Assembly (NCBI GenBank): GCA_002633005.1
Contig: NMRA01000161.1
Span: 311,049-375,048 of the forward strand
From: Phoronis australis
Lineage: Eukaryota > Animalia > Phoronida
Direction of reading: 5' to 3'
Length of the DNA: 64,000 bases
This document shows positions 1 through 11,357 of the stretch, piece after piece (the first letter of the stretch is position 1; every line of letters starts with the position of its first letter). A model generated the notes under the pieces. It was not told the DNA's origin. It worked only from the letters and a program-made list of their open reading frames with translations, and made no database searches. The position numbers and the translations under genes are program-made.

Positions 1-16
1 TTATATGTGGACGCAT

Positions 17-1375
17 TATGCCGTCATCTCCATCCGTCCGTCCATCCGTCCGGCGTAATGCGTCCGCTGCTCTATCTCCAAAACGCCTTGACGCATGTTC
101 ATGAAATTTTACCTTCCGTGGATGGGACGTCATGAGCGAACTTTCGGACGGATCCGACTACCGGTGTGCCCCCTAGTGGCAATTTTATTTTTTTACGTTT
201 ACCTCTGAAAAGTCCTGAACGGATTTTCAAAAAATTTGGTATGTAGGTACCTACATGTATTAGTGAGAGGACATTGTTCTCCCGTTTTCGGATGGATTCG
301 ATGTAGTTTGCGCCACCTAGTGGCCATTTTTACTGTTTTTGAGTCTGTTTTTTGCGTCCACGGACCCTCTATCAACCAAACCGCTGGCAAAGGATGATTG
401 TGAAAATTGGCATGTATGTGCTTACTATGAAGAGGACGGTTGACGACGATTTTCCGACGATTTCGACTACTGTGGCGCCTCCTATTGGCAGTTTTGTTTT
501 TTACGCCTATGGCTGTATCTCCTAAATCGTTGGCAGGACATTTACGAAATTTAGTAAGTATATTTACATGATGTTAACAACGGACAACGACCACTTTTAG
601 ACAGATTCGACTACCGGTATGCCCCCTAGTGGCAATTTTATTTTTTTAAGTTTACCTTTGTACCTTCAAAAGTCCTTAACGGATTTTCTTGAAATTTTAT
701 AAGTGGGCACCCATTAGTGAGGTAACCATGGCTATCCTCTCGTTTTCGGATGGACCCGACGTAGTTTGCGCCACCTATTGGCCATTTTTACTGTTTTCTA
801 GTCTGTTTTTGCGTCCACCCCTCTATCAACCAAACCGCTCAAAGGATGATTGTGAAAATTGGCAGGTATGTGCTTACAATAAAGAGGACGGTTGACGATG
901 ATTTTCCGACTATTTCGACAACTGTGGCGTCTCCTAGTGGCAGTTTTGTTTTTGCTGCACCTATGGCTGTATCTCCTAAACCGTTCGCAGGATCTTTACT
1001 TATTAGCAAGTGTATTTATATGATGTTGACTACGGATGACGACGACTTTCGGACAGGTCTGACTACTGCTGTGTCCCCTATGGGCAATTTTTAGGTTTTT
1101 TTTACATTTAACTCAGTATGTTCAAAGGTCCTCAAAAGATTTTCATAAATTTTAAATATAGGCATGATGACGCTATCTTCCGGTTTTTGGATGGAATCGA
1201 GGTATTTTGCACCACCTAGTGGTCATTTTTGTTGTTTTCAAATCTTGCTTTTGGTGTCCACCCCTGTATCAACCAAATCATTTGAAAATTGGTATATATG
1301 TTCTCAGTGTGAAGACAACCTTTGATGATGGTGACTGACTACTGTTGTGCTTCCTAGTGGTAGTTTTATTTTGCG
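17..1375. repeat. Array of ~9 diverged ~150-bp monomers in ~455-bp trimers, preceded by a (CCGT/CCAT)n microsatellite; pearl/CvA- or Helentron-like non-autonomous element
   Basis: Anchor CCTAGTGGC/CCTATTGGC recurs near 172, 314, 480, 623, 772, 932, 1076, 1213, 1352. CAAAGGATGATTGTGAAAATT is at 388 and 840 (period 452). Microsatellite at ~29-56. Family label is inferred from the architecture. Confidence 0.8.
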
Positions 1376-2507
1376 CTCATACATCAGAATATGGCTTGGT
1401 GTGTTAAACATGTCAAGGTCTTTATGCCTTTGCCATCTCAGGATGTCTGCTTTCGCAAACTAACTACAGTTTCTCGATTCGTCTTGTTACCCACCATCAG
1501 TTTCATTTGTCACTTTACAGACACCACCAACTCACAATTGCCGTAGCAGTAACATCTAATACCCCTGAGTACATGACTTTGTATGGTTCCGCATACACAA
1601 CTAAACCCGATTCAAGGAATTGAAAAGCATCAACACATTCAGATATATTTATCTAGCGAGTACCACGATTTGTCGATCATATCACCCATCATTAGCCCAA
1701 GTATGAGTAGTAAATGAAAAAAAACAGAATGTGAATTTAATGCACTTTACATGCTTGCAAGAGCATTTGAACATTTTGCACTTGCCATCCCCCAAACATT
1801 TCATATTGACTAAAGCGATGACAGGTATACTAGTCAGTATAATTCGGCAGTGGCTCACTAGCCAAAGATGCACCAATCCGAACGTCTACTAACAAAGCGG
1901 AACTGAGCCATAAAACAATTTTTGTCGGCATTCTACGAAATTCAGAGATGCCCCGTAAACCATCGTGAGAATCAAGTCAATGGCTGCACCAAAAATGTCT
2001 CAATTTGAGATTTTTGGCCAACGGCAAAAATCACTTCCGTGCATTTCCCTTCGTTGGCTCAAGTTTTTGCAAGTTCAAGGATGCATAATTTGTGATCAAC
2101 AATGTTACTATTCATTTTGTTTTGTTCTGTTGTTCTCCTCCATTCAGTGACATAGGAAGAATCAAATACAGAGAAACCGGCTCACTTTCGGAATGGGGAA
2201 CCATTGGACGAGTGCCCTTTGGACTTCTTACTGTCTAGTGCACCATTGGACTAGTGCATATTCGGACAATTGCCATGTAACTGTACAATTCTTTCCAAAA
2301 TCAACGTGTCCAGAGTTTTTTCAATGTTTTATTGGCCTGTAAAAACAGATCCCCGCAAAAGGCATGGGAAATAAAAATCAAAACAGTTCTTGGTATAATT
2401 CTGCAGAGAATTGAGTGGGACCCAAAAGACAGTCACCTCTATACACACTTCCTGCATCCTATCATGAGTCAAATTTAGACTGTCTGTTAAAACAGCATGT
2501 GCACCGG

Positions 2508-2651
2508 TCACAACATGATGGTGAACCACGAAGCAATCAACAGCAGTCCCCCAATAGGCGTAAATTTCCTGGGTCGCGTGTCACCAGTAAGAGCATGATA
2601 GTAGCAGGTACCACTAAATACCAACATGCCTGTGGCCATAAATAGTCCAGT
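2508..2651 (-). CDS. TMEM256: TMEM256 (DUF423) exon 3, terminal
   Basis: Acceptor ccatttcag, then TGLFMATGMLVFSGTCYYHALTGDTRPRKFTPIGGLLLIASWFTIML*. Matches the DUF423 C-terminus (FSGxxY...TPIGG...W). Confidence 0.93.
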   Translation of the reverse strand, partial: TGLFMATGMLVFSGTCYYHALTGDTRPRKFTPIGGLLLIASWFTIML

Positions 2652-4210
2652 CTGAAATGGATGATGTAGCCTTAAACGCAGAATTAAGCCTGTCATCTGC
2701 CAAAGATGTACTTTTTTGGTCTCAATGTGTTCTTCCTTGCAGTGAGAAGTGACTAATGGGACCATGCTCAGTACATAAACCGACACACCGAGACAAACCA
2801 ACTTGAGTAGCCCGATCTTAAGTAATAACAAGCTATCAGTTTTTTCAAAGACCTAAAAGCAACAGTCCTAATTTGACTCCACTTCATAATATTATGCAAA
2901 TGGTATGAATCAAGAGTTGTTCTTTTTAAGATGAAAGGTGGGTTTATAGCTGAATGCACACCAAACTCCATGTTAAATGCCTATGTACTACAACCAGTTC
3001 ACATAAAATGTCTTTGAAACAAAACATTACCCTCATCTTGAAATAATTTTGAATTAGATACTAAATGTATATTCGCAAATGTGACAAATACTTCAGGTAC
3101 TTAATGGAAGGCTTTAGGGAAAAACCACGAACCTCAAACTACAGCCTCTACTTTGTGTTACAGTGAGCAAGTGTTTTAGCTGCACAATGCATACCTTTCT
3201 GGGCACACTACACACATTAATTGGGCAATAGCAGGTAATAGAAACAGCCCATGTGAAATCGTTTGGCATTTTAAAACCAACTTGCTATGTTAAAGTAAAA
3301 TCCACGTTGTGACAAGGTCCAAGAATAATTTGCTTTCTGATGAACACCGTCCTCCAAAAACACTCATACTACTGTTCACAAACTGCACAACATGCCATTT
3401 CTGCACAGAGGTGATCCAGGAAATTGTGAGGCAATCACTAGTAATAACAAGAACAGATCTAGCTTTGTGATTTCATGATACTGTTTCTTCAATTTTGTGT
3501 TTTGGTGATCGGTTTGGATTCAGAGTTTTGAAGTTTCCTGGGATCATTCTTTTATATAGCAGCTATACAACTGGGTTTCGCGGAAACACATTCTTGGTTT
3601 AGATTACTTTTGATTAAGACCACTTACTGACTATAAAATTTTACTTCAGTTGCTCAGATGAGAAGTGATTTCTGGGTTAGCAAAGAGCTGATATTTCGTT
3701 ATTATTTGAGACCATTCTTGGCATGTTGTGACAAGCAAACTTGAAGTGCATTCAACAAACTGTCTGGAACAATTTAAGACATCACATTTCCTTATGGTAA
3801 ATTGTCTAAATAATCAAACATTTTTGGGACAGAAGATGGGTTAACAATAGTCATTTTAAAAGACCACATCAGTCTTCAAGACAAACTTGTTGTTTTAAGC
3901 CATCACACAAGTCTATTACTTAATAAAAGATGCAACCTCATTGTCCCTACAAATGAAATGTCAAATAAGAGCACAGAAAACAGCAAAATATTTAATTGAT
4001 ATCTTTGTGTTCAAGTTGTGCACATACAAAGAAAACAGTACCTTCAAGGTGTGCTTTATAAACCCATAATGGTATGTTATTTTATAAAATATATGATACA
4101 ATCTATTCAGATGATCCAATGTACAATAAATACATTGAAAACATGTTAGCATTTTTCAGGAATGCTAAAAACCCATAACTAAGTATTTCTTTGTTTCAGT
4201 AACCACTTAC

Positions 4211-4291
4211 CAGCACAGGTCTCTTAGTTAGAGGCACGGATAGGAGAGCAATGGAGTGAAGAATGTGATACCTATAGGCGGTGTCATATAT
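4211..4291 (-). CDS. TMEM256: TMEM256 exon 2
   Basis: 81-nt phase 0/0 exon between acatttcag and gtaagt, encoding IYDTAYRYHILHSIALLSVPLTKRPVL (TAxxYHxxHSxALL motif). Not in the ORF track. Confidence 0.92.
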
Positions 4292-4349
4292 CTGAAATGT
4301 GAAAAGTAAAAAACACTCTACCAAAGGACTTCCTAAAACCGCTCTGTGT

Positions 4350-4451
4350 TACTATAATTAAAATCTCTTGGTCTATTTACACCGACCTCTTGTCTATTTG
4401 TAAATAGACAAGAGGTCGGTGTAAATAGACTAAGAGAGTTTAATAATAGTA
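4350..4451. repeat. Near-perfect hairpin with 50-bp arms and a 2-nt loop; probable collapsed MITE
   Basis: 4350-4399 matches the reverse complement of 4402-4451 with 3 mismatches; TA at both outer ends. Confidence 0.85.
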
Positions 4452-5053
4452 CTCTAACAAATGTTGTGCACTATGATGGTAGTCATGGCTCGTGTAATTT
4501 TCGATGCTTTAATCATTAAGGGGAACAAGTGACAACGAGATTGACTTGAATTCGTGTTTTGCATACCATGGCATCATAGTGAAAAGCCAACTTGTTTCAA
4601 GTTTCACACCCACTCCTCTCAAAAAGGAAACCAAGCCTCAGGTTTTGGTCCGGTAACAGGTACGATGGCTTTCCCATCCAGTTTTACGAAACAAAATAAT
4701 GCTCTGAAACTCTCAACAACCCTAAAACATATTTAGGCAAGAAGCAATTGAACGATAGACTGCTGAAAGAAAAAGTTTGATAACGGGAACATTTCTTCGA
4801 GTTGGAAGGAATTAAATACATCAACGGCTTCAGTAATGTGTCACTCTATGCACAAAACGTATTTATAACAATGTGACTCTGAAGGTTTAGGCAGTGTGAG
4901 TTATAACTCGCTTAAAAGTTTCCGGCGTATGAAGCTCCTAGGCAGGTGCTGGCAGGGCCCTGATTAGGGACACCAACTTGCCAAAAAACAACTCCACAGT
5001 TACATAATTATAACCGTATGAGAACTTATCAACACCTGTGCTAAATTACCCAC

Positions 5054-5287
5054 TCGATGTAGTTCATCCGACTCTGGGTTTGATTCACTTGGCCGAAATG
5101 CGTGAGCTCCGTAAGCGCCCATTATTACAGCTATTCCGCCAGACAGGCCGGCTACGCGAGTGAAAATGTTTCCTTGGTTAACGCCACCGTGAATTTCTCG
5201 GACGACAACTTCTCGCGAAGGAAGAAAACTCTGTAGCCAGCCACCTAGGCTCACAGCTCTTTCGGCATCCACCTGTACCTTTGGCAT
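5054..5287 (-). CDS. TMEM256: TMEM256 exon 1
   Basis: ATG at 5287 gives MPKVQ...FTRVAGLSGGIAVIMGAYGAHAF...DELHR, then donor gtgggt. GAYGAH is the DUF423 hallmark. Spliced protein is 152 aa; the start codon is inferred. Confidence 0.9.
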
Positions 5288-5693
5288 GACAGGTGATACT
5301 TTTAGATCTTGTTGTATGATGCCAGGCAGGCATACAACGAATGTCCAAATTCTCGTTTCACTCTTTTTAGAACTTCCGGCTGTTTGTTTTGGTCTCGCGA
5401 AAGTTAACCTTCGATCCTGCTCAGAACTTGCGAACAATTTAACTCATTTTAGTATATTTTAGTTCAAGATAGGATTATGTGATATTTTTACTGAAATATT
5501 ACATTCCACATACGATGGAATCTGTTACTTACAAACGATTTGTTTTATGTGTGGGTTGTGAGACTATTATCGTTCTTTAGAGTTTGAAGAGAATAAAAAT
5601 GATATACGACAAAGAAAAGTTTTTGAGCTGATCATTCCGTATACTTTCTCAGTTTCAATACATCTGTCTGAAAGCATTGCATTTAGTTGTGCA
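5288..5693. promoter_or_regulatory. Probable bidirectional promoter and 5' UTRs shared by TMEM256 and the C16orf87 homolog
   Basis: Divergent ATGs are ~406 bp apart. ETS-type ACTTCCGG at 5372-5379 and TCTCGCGA (BANP/M8-like core) at 5393-5400. Confidence 0.6.
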
Positions 5694-5729
5694 ATGGTTT
5701 ACAAGAGGTGCCCTGAATGCCAGCAATGG
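5694..5729 (+). CDS. C16orf87: C16orf87/UPF0547 homolog, first coding exon
   Basis: MVYKRCPECQQW, then gtaagc. Resembles human MATKSCPECDQQ (first CxxC of the zinc ribbon). An upstream exon is possible (tttag acceptor at 5682-5686). Confidence 0.85.
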
Positions 5730-6986
5730 GTAAGCAACGTTATAGCGGGTCAATTCCATTTGGCCAGTTTTCGCCGTGATTTATAGCTGTAAATAAGTTT
5801 CAAAAAGTTGCCTTGATTGATTTGAAGATGACTCAGCCGGAGATTGTTCAGGATGTCAAAGTTTATTGGTTAAAAACGTTCGTAATTTAGATTTTAAGCC
5901 ACCATTAACCAATTATAGGTTAATTCAGTTGGTGAGCTGTACAATCTGGCGAATCTACCATAGGCATTAACAATGGGTAACACTGAAGTTGAAGACTGTC
6001 ACTGATTGGGTCAAGATGCTGGTAAACAGGACAATTTTCCACTTAGTGTTGTTGAGTCTCAGCTTCCTAGCTACACTTAGCAGCGTTTGAACAGCCACCT
6101 GTGACATTTGGGTGCCGAGCTAATGTTGCAGTGCCTAGTATTACCACAGGCTTCATTAGCTCTGGTCGTCCACAATACACTCTAATAATAAAATGTATGA
6201 CACTTGGGACTTGGAAATTCATGGGAAATTCACTTCAGCCTTCCATATCAAACACAAATTTCAATAAATTTACAAAACGCAAGGGATTCAACTAGATGAA
6301 CTATTGTTCTTTCTCCTGGTAGCATTTACAGCGTCCTTCTCTGGACAATGAGTGTTTGCAACAAATTCACGTTTAAAACACAACCAACTGTTGTAGACGG
6401 GTCATGTGCGTCAGTTCAAGGCCAACCACAGAATTATCTGATTACTTACGGATAAGCAGAATTAACCATCAGGATGTGTGAAATTTCGGGGTCTAGCAGC
6501 GTTCAACACACAGTGGTATCCAGCTACATTTTGAGGACAGTCTTCATACAGCTAGCTGGCTGGCTACATCATGACCCGTATCACACACAGTTTGTCCGGT
6601 GGTCATGTTCAGTCTCTGGCAGACCTGTTTCGTGGTAGACCGGTCATGTTTTCAGGTGCTTTGGTCTCACTTTCTGGTCCAGCGGTCCCATTTGATCCCC
6701 GTAGGTCCTGCTTTGCGGTGAGTCAGTCTGATTTGGGTCCATCAGTCATGTTGTTTCTCTCCCATGAGGTTTTGTAACAACAAACGTCAGGAATCAATTT
6801 CAATTCATGTGTTTTATTGTTGATCAGCAAACCAAATTTCTAGGCATGTATTTTATTTTGCCGAAGATGTCACATCTCCCAAAAGAATGTCACGATGTGA
6901 AGGAAATGGGCCGTGCACATAATTACACCCTACTCTTAGTCCTTTACCTTTCTTTAAGTAAAACACACCATGTCTCTTCTTTTCAG

Positions 6987-7068
6987 ATTCCAGTGGCATG
7001 CAAAACTTGCCCATGTGGACATGCTTTTTCAGGGAGAAAATCAAGCACATCCAGCTTTGAAAAAAAAG
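6987..7068 (+). CDS. C16orf87: C16orf87 homolog exon 2 (copy A)
   Basis: tttcag, IPVACKTCPCGHAFSGRKSSTSSFEKK, gtaaag. Matches human VPVACKSCPCGYIF. Confidence 0.9.
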
Positions 7069-7178
7069 GTAAAGACAATACTGACATCCTTTCCCTAACT
7101 ATTTGTAAACGTTCATCTTCACTTTATCAAACTGATGAATTGTTGAAAACAGTTGAATGAGATTTGCTTTGTTTACAG

Positions 7179-7285
7179 TAGCTGAAGAAGTATCCCTGGA
7201 GCCAAAGCAAAGGAGGACAGAGAGAACTAAGCGACAGAGGCCAGACTTTTTTAATGCTCTGGAGTTTGAAACGCACATGCGAAAG
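7179..7285 (+). CDS. C16orf87: C16orf87 homolog exon 3 (copy A)
   Basis: Phase 1/0 exon VAEEVSLEPKQRRTERTKRQRPDFFNALEFETHMRK (cf. human KRRRTERVRREK). NAGNAG acceptor cagtag, donor gtaatc. Confidence 0.88.
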
Positions 7286-8548
7286 GTAATCTATATGAGG
7301 AAATGATCGTGTATAAAATTGAATGTAAAAACTCACATAAAATGTTCAAGTTTTTTAGGGGCTGTACCATAAGAAAGAGGGTAAGCCACATGGAATAAAT
7401 AATCAATTGGGTCCAGGATAAATAAAAGTTATCAATTGCTTTACTTTTAAAAATGAAATATTGTGGGCTGTTATTCTTTGATTCACAATTTTGTCGCTTA
7501 GGGTATTTATCGTATGTTTCATCAATAAAATACATCAACACCACCTTAAAAAGTTTGGATGTGTTATCCATCTTCAGTTAAAATGTAGATCTGCAATCCA
7601 TGGCGATAATGAATGACCTGTATTCAAGTCGTCGAGCATGAACGACCTCAGGTCACTTGGAGTTTGTTAGACGATCTCTTTTCTGGTTTCTATTTCCTCT
7701 TATTTGGTTTCCAGTTTCCTCTTTTTCATCTCTAAATTATCTTTATGTTGACTTCATTCATGCAATAAATATTTTTTTTTGCTGTTAAATTTTACAACAC
7801 AGAAAAATGTTTCTATCACATACATGTAGGCCTATTTATTTTTAAAACGATATCTCAACTGGAAAATTTTCCTGTGTTGTTGTCATTGATCATTTCAAAC
7901 CATGAGGTCAGCTAAGTCCTCACTCCTACAAACCATGCATGACTGGCATTTGCCAAAACGGTAATTTTAGTCGAATGGAAAGTGATGAGTTTTGCAGTTG
8001 GTCAGTAACAATCAATTTCCCATTATCCCACACAAGCTCCCCTATTGAAGCAGAAGCCAGATGGCACATTACCTGTCAGTCCTGTGCATGACTCGTAGAT
8101 GGGGCCCTTACAATTTGTGCTAAACTATTCCGACTTCCATCTGTTTACTTTCTTTAGTGTTTTTAGTCATACTTGGATGTGTGCGTAGTGATTTTATCGT
8201 GATGTCCGGTGATTTTTATCAGGTGGTCAAACAAAATCTGAGGCTACATTGTGGACCTGCAAGTTACCAAATCGAGCCCTAATACTCCTTGGGACCCAAT
8301 TAACACAAAGCACTAGGCTATCGTGTTTACTAGCATCCTTATCTTTATCATCTAAGTATGGCTGATTGGTGGTGTAGCTAGGGGGATAACCACAATTTTT
8401 GAAGGAAAGTGTCAAAGTATATATAGCGAACAGCATTTTTTATTTTTGATCATGTCTGTGGTGGATCCCCCCAATCCTCTGATGCAGCTGTTGATGGGAA
8501 TAGGGGAGTGAAAAATGCTTTCGTGCAAATGAGAATAATCAAGTGCAT

Positions 8549-8717
8549 GTATCAGTAGGTCTGGGTCAGTTCATATCATTAGTCCAGTACGTGTATCAGT
8601 AGGTCTGGGTCAGTTCATATCATTAGTCCAGTACGTGCATCGGTAGGTCTGGGTCAGTTCATATCATTAGTCCAGTACGTGTATCGGTAGGTCTGGGTCA
8701 GTTCATATCATTAGTTC
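8549..8717 (+). repeat. 44-bp minisatellite, ~4 units (copy A)
   Basis: Unit GTATCAGTAGGTCTGGGTCAGTTCATATCATTAGTCCAGTACGT starts at 8549, 8593, 8637 and 8681. Confidence 0.95.
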
Positions 8718-9530
8718 AAGTGGCATTTCCCTTGACACATTTCTGTTGCTTTTACATCTTAGTGCTGTATTACACATATGAACAGTGTCTTACTGTTTTT
8801 GTACATCTGAAAGCTTTAAAAGTATATGTTTTTGCATTGCACAGTACGAAAGATTTNATTAAACCAGATGTGACTAATTGCACATGACTGCCACCACTGT
8901 CGAATGTCTTCAATTCGTCAACAATACGAGCAGATGACCTGGTCCGCGTAGAAAGAATTTTTATCAACAATTTACAAGAAAAAACGTAACCCTGCATTCA
9001 GCATAATACCTAATCCGTAACACTACGATCGCCACAATTTGGTCATTACATTTCATGTTTCGAACCTAGTTTTCCGAAAAAAATTAAACCCTTTCGTCAG
9101 ACAACTCTTTGGTGCCTTAACTTGTTCTCTAATGTAATTTTCTACGTCTCTGTGGTTAATTGTCGACACATCATTAAAATTCAATATCCCGGTTGGACTC
9201 GAAAGACCGGCTATTTAACTCACGCAACGTCTACTTTCGCTTTGTTTATCGCAGTGAGCCTCGCTTTGGATTTTAATGTCCGCCGCGTGAATAGAGCCTA
9301 TGAGGTTTTGTAACAACAAACTTCAGGAATCAATTTCAATTCATGTGTTTTATTGTTGATCAGCAAACCAAATTTCTAGGCATGTATTTTATTTTGCCGA
9401 AGATGTCACCATCTCCCAAAAGAAATTAGAATGTCACGATCTGAAGGAAATGGGCCATGTACATAATTACACCTTACTCTTAGTCCTTCACCTTTCTTTA
9501 AGTAAAACACACCGTGTCTCTTCTTTTCAG

Positions 9531-9612
9531 ATTCCAGTGGCATGCAAAACTTGCCCATGTGGACATGCTTTTTCAGGGAGAAAATCAAGCACATCCAGCT
9601 TTGAAAAAAAAG
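9531..9612 (+). CDS. C16orf87: C16orf87 homolog exon 2 (copy B)
   Basis: Same peptide and splice sites as 6987-7068. Confidence 0.85.
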
Positions 9613-9722
9613 GTAAAGACAATACTGACATCCTTTCCCTAACTGTTTGTAAACGTTCATCTTCACTTTATCAAACTACTGAATTGTTGAAAACAGTTGA
9701 ATGAGATCTGCTATGTTTGCAG

Positions 9723-9829
9723 TAGCTGAAGAAGTACCCCTGGAGCCAAAGCAAAGGCGGACAGAGAGAACTAAGCGACAGAGGCCAGACTTTTTTAATG
9801 CTCTGGAGTTTGAAACGCACATGCGAAAG
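9723..9829 (+). CDS. C16orf87: C16orf87 homolog exon 3 (copy B)
   Basis: Same as 7179-7285 except one S-to-P change (TCC/CCC) and one synonymous AGG/CGG change. Confidence 0.85.
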
Positions 9830-11099
9830 GTAATCTATATGAGGAAATGATCTTGTATAAAATTGAATGTAAAAACTCACAAAAAATGTTCAAGCTTTTT
9901 GGGGGCTGTACCATCAGAATCGGTAGGAGAGGGTAAGGCACATGGAATAAATAGTCAATTGAGTCCAGGATAAATAAAAGTTATCAGTTGCTTTACTTTT
10001 AAAAATGAAATATTGTGGGCTGTTATTCTTTGATGCACAATTTTGTCGCTAATGGTAGTATCGTATGTTCCATTAATAAAATACATCAACACCAATTTAA
10101 AAAGTTTGGATGTGTTATCCATCTTCAGTTAAAATGTAGATCTGCAATCCATGGTGATAATGAATGACCTGTATTCAAGTCGTCGAGCCTGAACGACCTC
10201 AGGTCACTTGGAGTTTGTTGGAAGATCTCTTTTCTGGTTTCTATTTCCTCTTATTTGGTTTCCAGTTTCCTCTTTTTCATCTCTAAATTATCTTTATGTT
10301 GACTTCATTCATGCAATAAATATTTTCTTGCTGTTAAATTTTACAACACAGAAAAATGTTTCTATCACATGCATGTAGTCCTATTTATTTGTAAAACGAT
10401 ATGTCATTTGGAAAATTTTCCTCTTTTGTTGTCATTGATCATTTCAAACTGTGAGGTCAGTTAAGTCCTCACTCCTACAAACCATGCATGACTGGCATTT
10501 GCCAAAACGGTATTTTTAGTCGAACGGAAAATGATGAGTTTTGCAGTTGGTCAATAACAATTAATTTCCCAATGTCCCACACAAGCTCCCCTATTGAAGC
10601 AGAAGCCAGATGGCACATTACCTGTCAGTCCTGTGCATGACTCATAGGTGGGGCCCTTACAATTTTTGCCAAACTATTCCGACTTCCATCTGTTTACTTT
10701 CTTTAGTGTTTTTAGTCATACTTGGATGTGTGCGTAGTGATTTTATCGTGGTGTCCTGTGATTTTTATCAGGTGGCCAAACAAAATCTGAGGCCACATTG
10801 TGGACCTGCAAGTTACCAAATCGAGCCCTAATACTCCTTGGGACCCAATTAACACAAAGCACTAGGCCATCGTGTTTACTAGCATCCTTATCTTTATCAT
10901 CTAAGTATGGCTGATTGGTGGTGTAGCAAGGGCGATAACCTCAATTTTTGAGGGAAAGTGTCAAAGTATATGTAGCGGACAGCATTTTTTTATTTTTGGT
11001 CATGTCTGTGGTGGGTCCCCCTCAATCCTCTGATGCAGCTGTTGATGGGAATAGGGGAGTTCAAAATGCTTTCGTGCAAATGAAAATAATCAAGTGCAT

Positions 11100-11357
11100 G
11101 TATCAGTAGGTCTGGGTCAGTTCATATCATTAGTCCAGTACGTGTATCAGTAGGTCTGGGTCAGTTCATATCATTAGTCCAGTACGTGTATCAGTAGGTC
11201 TGGGTCAGTTCATATCATTAGTCCAGTACGTGTATCAGTAGGTCTGGGTCAGTTCATATCATTAGTCCAGTACATGTATCAGTAGGTCTGGGTCAGTTCA
11301 TATCATTAGTCCAGTACGTGTATCAGTAGGTCTGGGTCAGTTCATATCATTAGTTCA
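11100..11357 (+). repeat. 44-bp minisatellite, ~6 units (copy B)
   Basis: Units start at 11100, 11144, 11188, 11232, 11276 and 11320. Confidence 0.95.

Larger units (their letters stand above)
6764..8856 (+). repeat. Copy A of a ~2.1-kb duplication (copy B at 9300-11479); probably an uncollapsed allele
   Basis: Colinear, highly similar sequence with scattered SNPs and indels. Copy A stops exactly at the N at 8857. Confidence 0.9.

Noticed and set aside
5288-5437. Longer TMEM256 N-terminus from the TTG start in the ORF track
   Set aside because: A non-ATG start is unlikely in a eukaryote, and the region carries promoter motifs. The first in-frame ATG is at 5287.
11100-11357. Regular short repeats resembling a CRISPR array
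   Set aside because: Units are head-to-tail with no unique spacers, there are no cas genes, and it lies in a eukaryotic intron. It is a minisatellite.
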